The notes beneath the pieces are model-generated. The model searched no databases. It was not told where the DNA came from and was given only the letters and a program-made list of their open reading frames with translations. The translations under genes and the position numbers were made by a program. A stretch of DNA of 64,000 bases from Raillietiella orientalis (Eukaryota): positions 806,001 through 870,000 of the forward strand of contig JAYWIR010000026.1 in assembly GCA_036172245.1 (NCBI GenBank), given 5' to 3'. Below, piece by piece: positions 50,212 through 61,954 of the stretch. Every line of letters starts with the position of its first letter. Positions within the stretch are counted from its first letter, which is position 1.

Positions 50212-52134
50212 ATGTCGACCCAACTTGAAGCTACTGAAGCTGGAGGAACAGCATCCGGATCTGCAATCGCGGAACCGACGGCCGCCTCCACTTCGTCTTT
50301 CTCGCCAATGGACAGGAGATTTGCTGACGTTGCTGCCACAGCAGCCGTCAAAGGGAAACCACTCGACGAGTCGGAGTTGCGGGCATACGTAGCCCAAGGC
50401 TATAGACCTGCTCTCCGATATAAGGTGAGTGGTTTTCTTTCTGCGCGCGACGGGAATCAGTTCAACGATGAACTGACGCGTGTTGGCGTGCGGGAGGAGG
50501 ACCTTCTCGCCATTATGCCCGTAAAAGACATGGGCTATTTCAAGGTGCGTTGCAAAGACGCTGCACTTGTGCAACGTTTGCTGCGCACCCCGTTGTCGAT
50601 CCGTGGCCAGAAGGTCTTCCCGGCCGCCATGGACGACTAATTTGTGGTGGAGATTTTCGACATCGAGTCGGAAATCTCCGATACTGATATTCGGAACGCG
50701 TGGGCAGAATTCGCCACAGTCCATACGCTGTGGAGGGTGCGTAGCAACCTCAAGGACTTCCCGTCCATACACAGCGGAGTCGCTGGAGTCCGGCTTACAA
50801 TGCCGGACCGCCGTCTGCTGCCCACGAAACTACAGGTGAAAGACACGGTCGTTCACCTGTGGTTCGTGGGCAAAGTAAAAACGTGCGAGCAATGCGGGAA
50901 GGAGGGGCATTGTTTGGATAAATGCCCCTCTGGAAAATGCCGTTATTGCAAACTATCCGGGCACCAATTGAAAAATTGCCCGGATCTTTTGCGAAAAAAG
51001 GCAGCCGCGGAGCTCCATTTTAAAAAACAAAGCGCGGATAAAAAGAAAAAATCTGCGAAAAAGCTGGAGACCCCACGGCAGAAATTCGGTAAAAACGCGA
51101 GGCGGAATGTCGCCCCAAAGCAGCAGGAAACCTCGCACGCGAAGCCCTGCGCACCCCCTCTCGCGGCAGGGGAGCCGCAAAAGAAAGGGTGCGGGGAATC
51201 CGGGGCAATGGTAAGTCCCCCTAGGCGCAATAGCTGTCCTTCCCAAGCACGCCCGGCTCTTTCGGAGTTCGAGCAACCGGCGGGGACGTCAATGGACAAC
51301 GGCGGTAAGGACACTTCCAGTACCGTCAGATCCATTCCCTCACCTCCTGCAGTGGCTGAGAAGCCCAAATCGGGTAAGAAGGGTTGTGCCGTGTCGACTT
51401 CGAAAGTTGGCAAAAAAAAATCCGCGTCGCGATCCAACACCGCGAAGGCGGAGAAGAATCTCACGCCGTCGCAGTCAGAGAGCAAGCTCTCGACTGGCGC
51501 GGATGCCATGCCAAAGAAGGGAGTAAAAGCCCTTCCGAAGGCAGCGTCCATGACGAGCGTGTCGAACCCATCGAAAGTGCTCCCGTTTAAAGACGCGGAT
51601 GGCTTCAAAGATGGCAATGGAGCACAATCTCCATTTACGGCGCCACGCGAAGTGAGGAACCGTAATGAAGTTAAGAAGACTTCAGCAAAGGTCCCTCGTG
51701 CAACTGCGCGTGAGCACGCTGAAAACGCGCGCGCCGGGAAAGCAGCCGTCACCAAAAGCGATGCCCTGGTGACGGAAAACGAAACCAGGACAGCTGTCAA
51801 TCCAGCAGAACCTGTCACTGCTTCGCGGAAGGCCGAAATCCGATCGAACATGCGCCGGTCGGACTCCGAAATGGATGCCGTTCCGATCACCGAGACGAGG
51901 ACAACTCGTTCGAAAGCGTGTGCGCGCCGATCAAAAGTAGGCAGCCAGGCAACGCTCGCCGCGAAGCAACGCGAAGTCTCCACGAAACCCGACGGGGTTC
52001 AGCCTGGCGTGGAGGCATTACATGCATGCAGCACGACAGAGGACGGTGGCGACCGTCCCCTCCAGCCAGTCGTGCTGCTCGCCGTCTGCTCGCCGGATAA
52101 AGCGAGCAAAAAGCCGCCACCTTCCCAGCAGTAA
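50212..52134 (+). pseudogene. A1 ORF1 (two CCHC knuckles) with a single nonsense codon
   Basis: TAA at 50638-50640 where A2 has TCA; CEQCGKEGH..CRYCKLSGH. Confidence 0.92.
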
Positions 52135-55100
52135 TGCGGGGAATCGCGTCTTCTCGTCGTCTGTCCGTAACGTGTTGGAACGTGAACGGAATACAGAACG
52201 ACGAGAAGAGGCGATTAGTAGCCAACGCCCTGCGCCCCTTCGACCTCGCGCTCCTGCAGGAGATTCACGTAATCTCCGACGAGCAGTCAGCCGAAATCGA
52301 GGATCGCGCAGGCGGAACGCTACATTGGCGGTGCGGCGGCGCACACACGTGCGGCGTCGCGTTCCTCGTAAGAGTAAAAATGGCGGAAGCGGTGCGTAGT
52401 GTTCGTTTCGATGACAACGGACGGATAGGCCAGCTTGTCATCAAGTGGTCCGAGTCCATCGATCTCGTCGTTACGAACGTCTACGCGCCGAGTGGCTCTC
52501 GCTACCTCGAAGAAAGAGTAGCTTTCTTTGGTGAGGTGCAGAGCCAGTGGCTCAACAACTCCGGTTTCCAAGTGGCGCACCTCGTCGCTGGGGACTTCAA
52601 CGTCCGCCTGCTCTCCGACGATTGGAGCCGCCCGAGGGAGCGCGCGCTGCCCATCGAGATGTGCGCGTCCGTGCACGCCGCCAACTTGATGGTCAGCGAA
52701 CCTGGAATGGAAAGATCGCTCGATCACGTTTTCCTCGATGAAAACCTGCATTCGCGTGTGGGCAGGAGAGGAAGATTGTTGACTAGGCTTTCTGACCACC
52801 ACAGGTTGGAGTTTGAGATCCTTCCGCCAGGCAGGGGGCCTCCGTTGCAAAACTGGAGGATGCAGGCGGATTGGCTTAGCCAACCGGAGGCTGCGGAGCA
52901 TCTACGTAGATACCTCCGAGGCTTTGCCATTCAAGAACTTGCGGACTGGGACGATCTCAAAAGATCTGTCCGCGAGTTCTGCTGCCAATTCCCCTTGCAC
53001 CGGCTTCCACGCGGTTTCGGAGAGGGCGTGGCCAACAGTAGAGACTTTCTGCAGGCCCGCACGTTTTCGAGACGCGCGGATGTCGGGCGTCTCGCGGAGT
53101 ACAAGGCGAGGGCCGAGCGCCAGGTCTGGGAGTCCGGAGCAGCATGCCTGTTGGACGACAAGGGCCAGGAATGTTCGGCCCCAGCCGAAGTACGCCGCAT
53201 TGTGGGACGCTACTACTCCTCGCTCTACGCGGATTCCCCGACGGAGGATATTCTTTCTGAGATACTCCTGTCTCAGGATGCTCGTGTTGTCGGCGAGGAG
53301 GAACGCGAACGTCTCGACGAGCCCTTCACGGCGGATGAATTTTCGTCCGCCATCGCTGGGCTGAAGAGACGAAAGGCGCCAGGCGAGGATGGGCTCCCTG
53401 CAGAGTTTTATCAGTGCTTTGCAGTGGAGCTCATTCCCTTGATGCTTAAACTCGCGAAGCTGATGAGTGAATCCGGGAATGTCCCTGATTCCTTCCGCTC
53501 AGCGAAGGTGCGTCTCCTGCCGAAAGGCGGAGACTTGCGCCAACTTAACAACTGGCGTCCGATCACCTTGGTGAACTCGGACGTCAAGTTGTTTTCCAAA
53601 CTGTGGGTCGCGCGGTTAGGAAGAATCGCGGAATCTGTGGTGAGCCCGGAACAAACCTACGCGGTTCCGGGACGATCCATGGAGGCGAACATCCTTTTCG
53701 CGCGTACATGGATGCAGCTGCAGGAAGTTGTGGCGCAGCAAAGCCAGGCTGCTGCGAACGTCACTGCCGCAGGCAAAAAGAACAGGCGCCGACGGCAGGA
53801 GGGAACGCCAGGTGCCTTGGCGGTCGCGGTCGATCTCCACAAGGCGTTCGACTGCGTAAACCAGAAGCTGCTTTTGGAGCTTATGGAACGCCTTGGGTTC
53901 CCGGCGCAACTCCTGCTGTATTGGCGCGCGTGCTGGCGCCACGCGCTAACCTGCATCACTTTTAGCGGCTGCCGCGTGTATGGTATTCCCGTTCGTAGGG
54001 GCATCCGACAGGGCGACAGCTTAAGCCCGTTGCTCTTCAGCATCTTCTTTGAGTTGGTGCTAAGAGCATACAGGCTGACGCTGTCTCACTTGCCAAGCTC
54101 CTGCCCGGGAACGCCTGCCGTGGCCGCCTACGCTGATGACCTGCTTCTTCTGCTTCCCATGTCCACCCCGGCGTCCAGTGTCGAGGATTTCTTCGACCTG
54201 ATTCGTCGGGGAGCGGGCGTGAGCGTGAACAGAGAGAAGAGCGTGGTCGTTCCTGTGGGTACGTCGTGGGAGGGGCAGTCCGACTGGATCCGCCTGGGGA
54301 TCCCCACGGGCGGGTACTTTAAGTACCTTGGCGTTCCGTTGGGCGCTTTCGGCGCAGCCGAAGCGTGGGCGGACTGTCTTCAGAAAGCAGAGTTGGCCAT
54401 CAGCCCGTTCTTTAACGGCAAGTTTACCTTGCAGGAACGGGCGACTATTTGGAACACCTTTGTGGCCCCTCTCCTCCGTCCCCTGTTTTTTGTTTTGGAC
54501 CCCCCCTATGCGGCAAAACAGCGGGCTAAGCGCCTGCTCAGGAACGCTCTCTGGGGTCCGGCGAGATCCAGGATCCGCCTTAAAGATTTGTCAGCTCCGC
54601 GTCGGGATGCTGGTTTGGGTATCCTGACAATGGAGCGAATCGGACTGCAGGTGCAGTTCCGACTGCTGGCACTGTGTGCCCAGCTATGGACATCCCCCCT
54701 GTGTGTGCCAGCTCGCATTCTCTTGCGGAGATGCGCCGGCAGCGGAGGATTTCTCTCGCTTTTGCCGGGCACTCAATACAGGAAGCGGGGTTTCGGGTTT
54801 CCATTGCGGCAGTTGACCGCACTTCTGGAAGCACACTCTTGGATCTCCTGCCGCCCAATGAACTTTGAAGCTTGGCGGCAGGAGTCTGTTGAATCCTGGG
54901 CGGCGTTCCAAGGAATACGCCCTGAAGATCTTCGCCCCCTGCGCCCATTTTTTCCACGATCCTTGGAAGAAGTACTGCAGGACGAGGTGAAGTTTTCTAC
55001 CCTGGCTGCCACGCCTCTTGCCGCAGCGCTGTCTGCCCTCAGGGCAAGAAACGACAGTTACCAACCGGCGAGGTGGGAGGTTTCCTGCACGATAGCGGGA

Positions 55101-55727
55101 AGAACCAAACTCCTTGGCACCTGGAAGACAAGTGAGTTGGCGGACGCCGCCACTCCTCGTGTTACTGCAAAGGGACTCCTCCGGTGGGCAGAAGAACTTG
55201 CTGTCATCCCCGAAGAACTTGTGGTCCCTCCACAGTGTATGGACAGTTCGCTGCTTCCCCTTGCTTGGAAACAAGCCGTGCTGCTTTTCGTTCACTGGGG
55301 TTTTCAGTGCAACGAGCGTTGGCATCGTGACTCCGGGGGACTTGCGTCTGCGAACTGCGTTCGGTGCGGATCGAGGGAGTCGATTCCGCACCTACTTCTG
55401 GACTGCGGTGTCCTACAAGGACTGTGGCGTAGGCTGGCAACAGCACTATTGCATCCCGTGGACACCGCAAGAGACTTGCTGCGACGATTCTTCACGCCGA
55501 GCGGGCTTTCACTAAGAGCAAGGATTGCAACCATCGGTTGCATACGCGCGATAGTTTCCGTCCGCCAGGCGTTGGTAATCAACGGACAGCACCAAGAGGT
55601 AATCAGCAAAGCATCCTTCTACATGGGAGCATCCGCTAGATGGCCTCATTTGACAGAGGAGACAAAGAGGAATCTCGCCGCAATACACCGCCGGTTTACA
55701 CACCCTCATCAGCGGCCAACCCGGTGA
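52134..55727 (+). CDS. A1 ORF2: intact APE endonuclease / reverse transcriptase / CCHC protein, 1197 aa
   Basis: WNVNG, LQE, NVYAP, GDFN, LDH, SDH; KAPGEDG, WRPITL, DLHKAFD, QGDSLSP, YADD, KYLG; CVRC..HLLLDC. Confidence 0.98.
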   Translation: MRGIASSRRLSVTCWNVNGIQNDEKRRLVANALRPFDLALLQEIHVISDEQSAEIEDRAGGTLHWRCGGAHTCGVAFLVRVKMAEAVRSVRFDDNGRIGQLVIKWSESIDLVVTNVYAPSGSRYLEERVAFFGEVQSQWLNNSGFQVAHLVAGDFNVRLLSDDWSRPRERALPIEMCASVHAANLMVSEPGMERSLDHVFLDENLHSRVGRRGRLLTRLSDHHRLEFEILPPGRGPPLQNWRMQADWLSQPEAAEHLRRYLRGFAIQELADWDDLKRSVREFCCQFPLHRLPRGFGEGVANSRDFLQARTFSRRADVGRLAEYKARAERQVWESGAACLLDDKGQECSAPAEVRRIVGRYYSSLYADSPTEDILSEILLSQDARVVGEEERERLDEPFTADEFSSAIAGLKRRKAPGEDGLPAEFYQCFAVELIPLMLKLAKLMSESGNVPDSFRSAKVRLLPKGGDLRQLNNWRPITLVNSDVKLFSKLWVARLGRIAESVVSPEQTYAVPGRSMEANILFARTWMQLQEVVAQQSQAAANVTAAGKKNRRRRQEGTPGALAVAVDLHKAFDCVNQKLLLELMERLGFPAQLLLYWRACWRHALTCITFSGCRVYGIPVRRGIRQGDSLSPLLFSIFFELVLRAYRLTLSHLPSSCPGTPAVAAYADDLLLLLPMSTPASSVEDFFDLIRRGAGVSVNREKSVVVPVGTSWEGQSDWIRLGIPTGGYFKYLGVPLGAFGAAEAWADCLQKAELAISPFFNGKFTLQERATIWNTFVAPLLRPLFFVLDPPYAAKQRAKRLLRNALWGPARSRIRLKDLSAPRRDAGLGILTMERIGLQVQFRLLALCAQLWTSPLCVPARILLRRCAGSGGFLSLLPGTQYRKRGFGFPLRQLTALLEAHSWISCRPMNFEAWRQESVESWAAFQGIRPEDLRPLRPFFPRSLEEVLQDEVKFSTLAATPLAAALSALRARNDSYQPARWEVSCTIAGRTKLLGTWKTSELADAATPRVTAKGLLRWAEELAVIPEELVVPPQCMDSSLLPLAWKQAVLLFVHWGFQCNERWHRDSGGLASANCVRCGSRESIPHLLLDCGVLQGLWRRLATALLHPVDTARDLLRRFFTPSGLSLRARIATIGCIRAIVSVRQALVINGQHQEVISKASFYMGASARWPHLTEETKRNLAAIHRRFTHPHQRPTR

Positions 55728-56048
55728 TCATTGCCCTACCCTCCATAAACTAAATTTGTATTTTCTTTTACACCCGCGTCCCCATAGGCTCCGGAACATT
55801 TGAGGTGCTCATCGTTTAAATCCCCGTGAGTACGGAGCCTAACCAAAAACCCTTTTCCCTTCCCTCCAGTTTTTGATTTTTGTTTGTTTCCCCTCATTCC
55901 CCCCACGCTGCGAGCGGTTTGTTTACCAGGCCTGCGTGCCGGTAATTTTTCTATGTTCTCCGTCGTTCTCTTGGTTGGGGACATTGTCCCTGACCAGTTT
56001 ATTATTATTAATAAACGCCCCGGCGTGACCGGGTGATAAATTTCAATC

Positions 56049-59000
56049 GAGTGCGGACGTGTTTTTCTTCGCTCTCGTCTCCGTGCTTTCATCCGCTTCA
56101 TCTTGGCGTTGTACATTTTGACGACGATGTCGACCCAACTTGAAGCTACTGAAGTTGGAGGAACAGCATCTGGATCTGCAATCGCGGAACCGACGGCCGC
56201 CTCCACTTCGTCTTTCTCGCCAATGGAGAGGAGTTTTGCTGACGTTGCTGCCACAGCAGCCGTCAAAGGGAAACCTCTCGACGAGTCGGAGTTGCGGGCA
56301 TACGTAGCCCAAGGCTATAGACCTGCTCTCCGATATAAGGTGAGTGGTTTTCTTTCTGCGCGAGACGGGAATCAGTTCAACGATGAACTGACCCGTGTTG
56401 GCGTGCAGGAGGAGGACCTTATCGCCATTATGCCCGTAAAAGACATGGGCTATTTCAAGGTGCGTTGCAAAGACGCTGCACTTGTGCAACGCTTGCTGCG
56501 CACCCCGTTGTCGATCCGTGGTTAGAAGGTCTTCCCGGCCGCCTTGGACGACTCATTTGTGGTGGAGATTTTCGACATCGAGTCGGAAATCTCCGATACT
56601 GATATTCGGAACGCGTTGGCGAAATTCGCCACGGTCCATGCGCTGTGGAGGGTGCGTAGCAACCTCAAGGACTTCCCGTCCATACACAGCGGAGTCGCTG
56701 GAGTCCGGCTTACAATACCGGACCGCCGTCTGCTGCCCACCAAAGTACAGGTGAAAGACACAATCGTTCACCTGTGGTTCGTGGGCAAAGTAAAAACGTG
56801 CGAGCAATGCGGGAAGGAGGGGCATTGTTTGGATAAATGCCCCTCTGGAAAATGCCGTTATTGCAAACTATCCGGGCACCAATTGAAAAATTGCCCGGAT
56901 CTTTTTCGAAAAAAGGCAGCCGCGGAGCTCCATTTTAAAAAACAAAGCGCGGATAAAAAGAAAAAATCTGCGAAAAACCTGGAGACCCCACGGCAGAAAT
57001 TCGGTAAAAACGCGAGGCGGAATGTCGCCCCAAAGCAGCAGGAAACCTCGCACGCAAAGCCCTGCGCACCCCCTCTCGCGGCAGGGGAGCCGCAAAAGAA
57101 CGGGTGCGGGGAATCCGGGGCAATGGTAAGTCCCCCTAGGCGCAATAGCTGTCCTTCCCAAGCACGCCCAGCTCTCTCGGAGTTCGAGCAACCGGCGGGG
57201 ACGCCAATGGACAACGGCGGTAAGGACACTTCCAGTACCGTCAGATCCATTCCTTCACCTCCTGCAGTGGCTGAGAAGCCCAAATCGGGTAAGAAGGGTT
57301 GTGCCGTGTCGACTTCGAAAGTCGGCAAAAAAAAATCCGCGTCGCGATCAAACACCGCGAAAGCGGAGAAAAATCTCACGCCGTCGCAGTCGGAGAGCAA
57401 GCTCTCGACTGGCGCGGATGCCATGCCAACGAAGGGATTAAAAGCCCTTCCGAAAGCAGCGTCCATGACGAGCGTGTCGGAGCCATCGACAGTGCTCCCG
57501 TCCAAAGACGCGGATGGCTTCAAAGATGGCCATGGAGCACAATCTCCATTTACAGCGCCACGCGAAGTGAGGAACCGTAATGAAGTAAAGAAGACTTCAG
57601 CAAAGGTCCCTCGTGCAACTGCGCGTGAGCACGCTGAAAACGCGCGCGCCGGGAAAGCAGCCGTCACCAAAAGCGATGCTCTGGTGACGGAAAACGAAAA
57701 CAGGACAGCTGTCAATCCAGCAGAACCTGTCACTGCTTCGCGGAAGGCCGAAACCCGATCGAATATGCGCCGGTCGGACTCCGAAATGGATGCCGTTCCG
57801 ATCACCGAGACGAGGACAACTCGTTCGAAAGCGTGTGCGCGCCGATCAAAAGTAGGCAGCCAGGCAACGCTCGCCGCGAAGCAACGGTAAGTCTCCACGA
57901 AACCCGACGGGATTAAGCCTGGCGTGGAGGCATTACATGCTTGCAGAACGACGGAGGACGGTGGCGACCGTCCCCTCCAGCCAGTCGTGCTGCTCGCCGT
58001 CTGCTCGCCGGATAAAGCGAGCAAAAAGCTGCCACCTTCCCAGCAGTAATGCGGGAAATCGCGTCTTCTCGTCGTCTGTCCGTAACGTGTTGGAACGTGA
58101 ACGGACTGCAGAACGACGAGAAGAGGCGATTAGTAGCCAACGCCCTGCGCCCCTTCGACCTCGCGCTCCTGCAGGAGATTCACGTAATCTCCGACGAGCA
58201 GGCAGCCGAAATCGAGGAGCGCGCAGGCGGAACGCGACATTGGCGGTGCGGCGGCGCACACACGTGCGGCGTCGCGTTCCTCGTAAGAGGAAAAATGGCG
58301 GAAGCGGTGCGTAGTGTTCGTTTCGATGACAACGGACGGATAGGCCAGCTTGTCATCAAGTGGTCCGAGTCCATCGATCTCGTCGTTACGAACGTCTACG
58401 CGCCGAGTGGCTCTCGCTACCTCGAAGAAAGAGTAGCTTTCTTTGGTAAGGTGCAGAGCCAGTGGCTCAACAACTCCGGCTTCCAAGTGGCGCACCTCGT
58501 CGCTGGGGACTTCAACGTCCGCCTGCTCTCCGACGATTGGAGCCGCCCGAGGGAGCGCGCGCTGCCCATCGAGATGTGCGCGTCCGTGCACGCCGCCAAC
58601 TTGATGGTCAGCGAACCTGGAATGGAAAGATCGCTCGATCACGTTTTCCTCGATGAAAACCTGCATTCGCGTGTGGGTAGGAGAGGAAGATTGTTGACTG
58701 AGCTTTCTGACCACCACAGGTTGGAGTTTGAGATCCTTCCGCCAGGCAGGGGGCCTCGGTTGCAAAGCTGGAGGATGCAGGCGGATTGGCTTAGCCAACC
58801 GGAGGCTGCGGAGCATCTACGTGGATACCTCCGGGGCTTTGCCATTCAAGAACTTGCGGACTGGGACGATCTCAAAAGATCTGTCCGCGAGTTCTGTTGC
58901 CAATTCCCCTTGCACCGGCTTCCACGCGGTTTCGGAAAGGGCGTGGCCAACAGCAGAGACTTTCTGCAGGCCCGCACGTTTTCGAGACGCGCGGATGTCG

Positions 59001-61954
59001 GGCGTCTCGCAGAGTACAAGGCGAGGACCGAGCGCCAGGTCTGGCAGTCCGAAGCAGCAGACCTGTTGGACGACAAGGGCCAGGAATGTTCGGCCCCAGC
59101 CGAAGTACGCCGCATTGTGAGACGCTACTACTCCTCGCTGCACGCGGAATCCCCGACGGAGGATATTCTTTCTGAGATACTCCTGTCTCAGGATGCTCGT
59201 GTTGTCGGCGAGGAGGAACGCGAACGTCTCGACGAGCCCTTCACGGCGGATGAATTTTCGTCCGCCATCGCTGGGCTGAAGAGACGAAAGGCGCCAGGCA
59301 AGGATGGGCTCCCTGCAGAGTTTTATCAGTGCTTTGCAGTGGAGCTCATTCCCTTGATGCTTAAACTCGCGACGCTGATGAGTGAATCCGGGAATGTCCC
59401 TGATTCCTTCCGCTCAGCGAAGGTGCGTCTCCTGCCGAAAGGCGGAGACTTGCGCCAACTTAACAACTGGCGTCCGATCACCTTGGTGAACTCGGACGTC
59501 AAGTTGTTTTCCAAGCTGTGGGTCGCGCGGTTAGGAAGAATCGCGGAATCTGTGGTGAGCCCGGAACAAACCTACGCGGTTCCGGGACGATCCATGGAAG
59601 CGAACATCCTTTTCGCGCGTACATGGATGCAGCTGCAGGAAGTTGTGGCGCAGCAAAGCCAGGCTGCTGCGAAAGTCACTGCCGCAGGCAAAAAGAACAG
59701 GCGCCGACGGCAGGAGGGAACGCCAGGTGCCTTGGCGGTCGCGGTCGATCTCCACAAGGCGTTCGACTGCATAAACCAGAAGCTGCTTTTGGAGCTTATG
59801 GAACGCCTTGGGTTCCCGGCGCAACTCCTGCTGTATTTGCGCGCGTGCTGGCGCCACGCGCTAACCTGCATCACTTTTAGCGGCTGCCGCGTGTATGGTA
59901 TTTCCGTTCGTAGGGGCATCCGACAGGGCGACAGCTTAAGCCCGTTGCTCTTCAGCATCTTCTTTGAGTTGGTGCTAAGAGCATACAGGCTGACGCTGTC
60001 TCACTTGCCAAGGTCCTGCCCGGGAACGCCTGCCGTGGCCGCCTACGCTGATGACCTGCTTCTTCTGCTCCCCATGTCCACCCCGGCGTCCAGTGTCGAG
60101 GATTTCTTCGACCTGATTCGTCGGGGAGCGGGCGTGAGCGTGAACAGAGAGAAGAGCGTGGTCGTTCCTGTGGGTACGTCGTGGGAGGGGCAGTCCGACT
60201 GGATCCGCCTGGGGATCCCCACGAACGGGTACTTTAAGTACCTTGGCGTTCCGTTGGGCGCTTTCGGCGCAGCCGAAGAGTGGGCGGACTGTCTTCAGAA
60301 ATCAGAGTTGGCCATCAGCCCGTTCTTTAACGGCAAGTTTACCTTGCAGGAACGGGCGACTATTTAGAACACCTTTGTGGCCCCCCTCCTGCGTCCCCTG
60401 TTTTTTGTTTTGGACCCCCCCTATGCGGCAAAACAGCGGGCTAAGCGCCTGCTCAGGAACGCTCTCTGGGGTCCGGCGAGATCCAGGATCCGCCTTAAAG
60501 ATTTGTCAGCTCCGCGTCGGGATGCTGGTTTAGGTATCCTGACAATGGAGCGAATCGGACTGCAGGTGCAGTTCCGACTGCTGGCACTGTGTGCCCAGCT
60601 ATGGACATCCCCCCGTGTGTGCCAGCTCGCATTCTCCTGCGGAGATGCGCCGGCAGCGGAGGATTTCTCTCGCTTTTGCCGGGCACTCAATACAGGAAGC
60701 GGGGTTTCGGTTTTCCATTGCGGCAGTTGACCGCACTTCTGGAAGCACTCTCTTGGATCTCCTGCCGCCCAAGGAACTTTGAAGCTTGGCGGCAGGAGTC
60801 TGTTGAATCCTGGGCGGCGTTCCACGGAATACGCCCTGAAGATCTTCGCCCCCTGCGCCAATTTTTTCCACGATCCTTGGAAGAAGTACTGCAGGACGAG
60901 GTGAAGTTTTCTACCATGGCTGCCACGCCTCTTGCCGCAGCGCTGTCTGCCCTCGAGGCAAGAAACGACAGTTACCAACCGGCAAGGTGGGAGGTTTCCT
61001 GCACGATAGCGGGAAGAACCAAACTCCTTGGCACCTGGAAGCCAAGTGAGTTGGCGGACCCCGCCACTCCTCGTGTTACTGCAAAGGGACTCCTCCGGTG
61101 GGCAGAAGAACTTGGTGTCACCCCCGAAGAACTAGTAGTCCCTCCACAGTGTATGGACAGTTCGCTGCTCCCCCTTGCTTGGAAACAAGCCGTGCTGCTT
61201 TTCGTTCACTGGGGTTTTCAGTGCAACGAGCGTTGGCATCGTGACTCCGGGGGACTTGCGTCTGCGAACTGCGTTGGGTGCGGATCGACGGAGTCGATTC
61301 CGCACCTACTTCTGGACTGCGGTGTCCTACAAGGACTGTGGCGTAGGCTGGCAACAGCACTATTGCATCCCGTGGACACCGCAAGAGACTTGCTGCGACG
61401 ATTCTTCACGCCGAGCGGGCTTTCACTAAGCGCAAGGATTGCAACCATCGGTTGCATGCGCGCGATAGTTTCCGTCCGCCAGGCGTTGGTACTCAACGGA
61501 CAGCACGAAGAGGTAATCAGCAAAGCATCCTTCTACATGGGAGCATCCGCTAGATGGCCTCAATTGACAGAGGAGACAAAGAGGAATCTCGCCGCAATAC
61601 ACCGCCGGTTTACACACCCTCATCAGCGGCCAACCCGGTGATCATTGCCCTACCCTCCATAAACTAAATTTGTATTTTCTTTTTACACCCGCGTCCCCAT
61701 AGGCTCCGGAACATTTTAGGTGCTCATCGTTTAAATCCCCGTGAGTACGGAGCCTAACCAAAAACCCGTTACCCTTCCCTCCAGTTTTTGATTTTTGTTT
61801 GTTTCCCCTCATTCCTCCCACGCTGCGAGCGGTTTGTTTACCAGGCCTGCGTGCCGGTAATTTTTCTATGTTCTCTGTCGTTCTGTTGGTTAAGGACATT
61901 GTCCCTGACCAGTTTATTATTATTAATAAACGCCCCGGCGTGACCGGGTGATAA
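56049..61954 (+). mobile_element. Full-length family A element A2 (5906 bp), inactivated
   Basis: Tandem with A1. ORF1 stops at 56523 and 57888; ORF2 TAG at 60365 and a frameshift near 60612. Confidence 0.97.

Larger units (their letters stand above)
50134..56039 (+). mobile_element. Full-length family A element A1 (5906 bp)
   Basis: 5' UTR, ORF1, ORF2 and 3' UTR, bounded by TSDs. Confidence 0.97.

Noticed and set aside
50500..50650. Programmed readthrough in ORF1, since A1, A2 and G all have a stop in this region
   Set aside because: The stops are at three different codons, and the A1 and A2 stops are sense codons in the sister copy.
52134..55727. Bacterial RT system (group II intron, retron, DGR) suggested by YADD
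   Set aside because: The N-terminal APE domain, upstream knuckle ORF1, 3' AATAAA and TSDs define a non-LTR retrotransposon.
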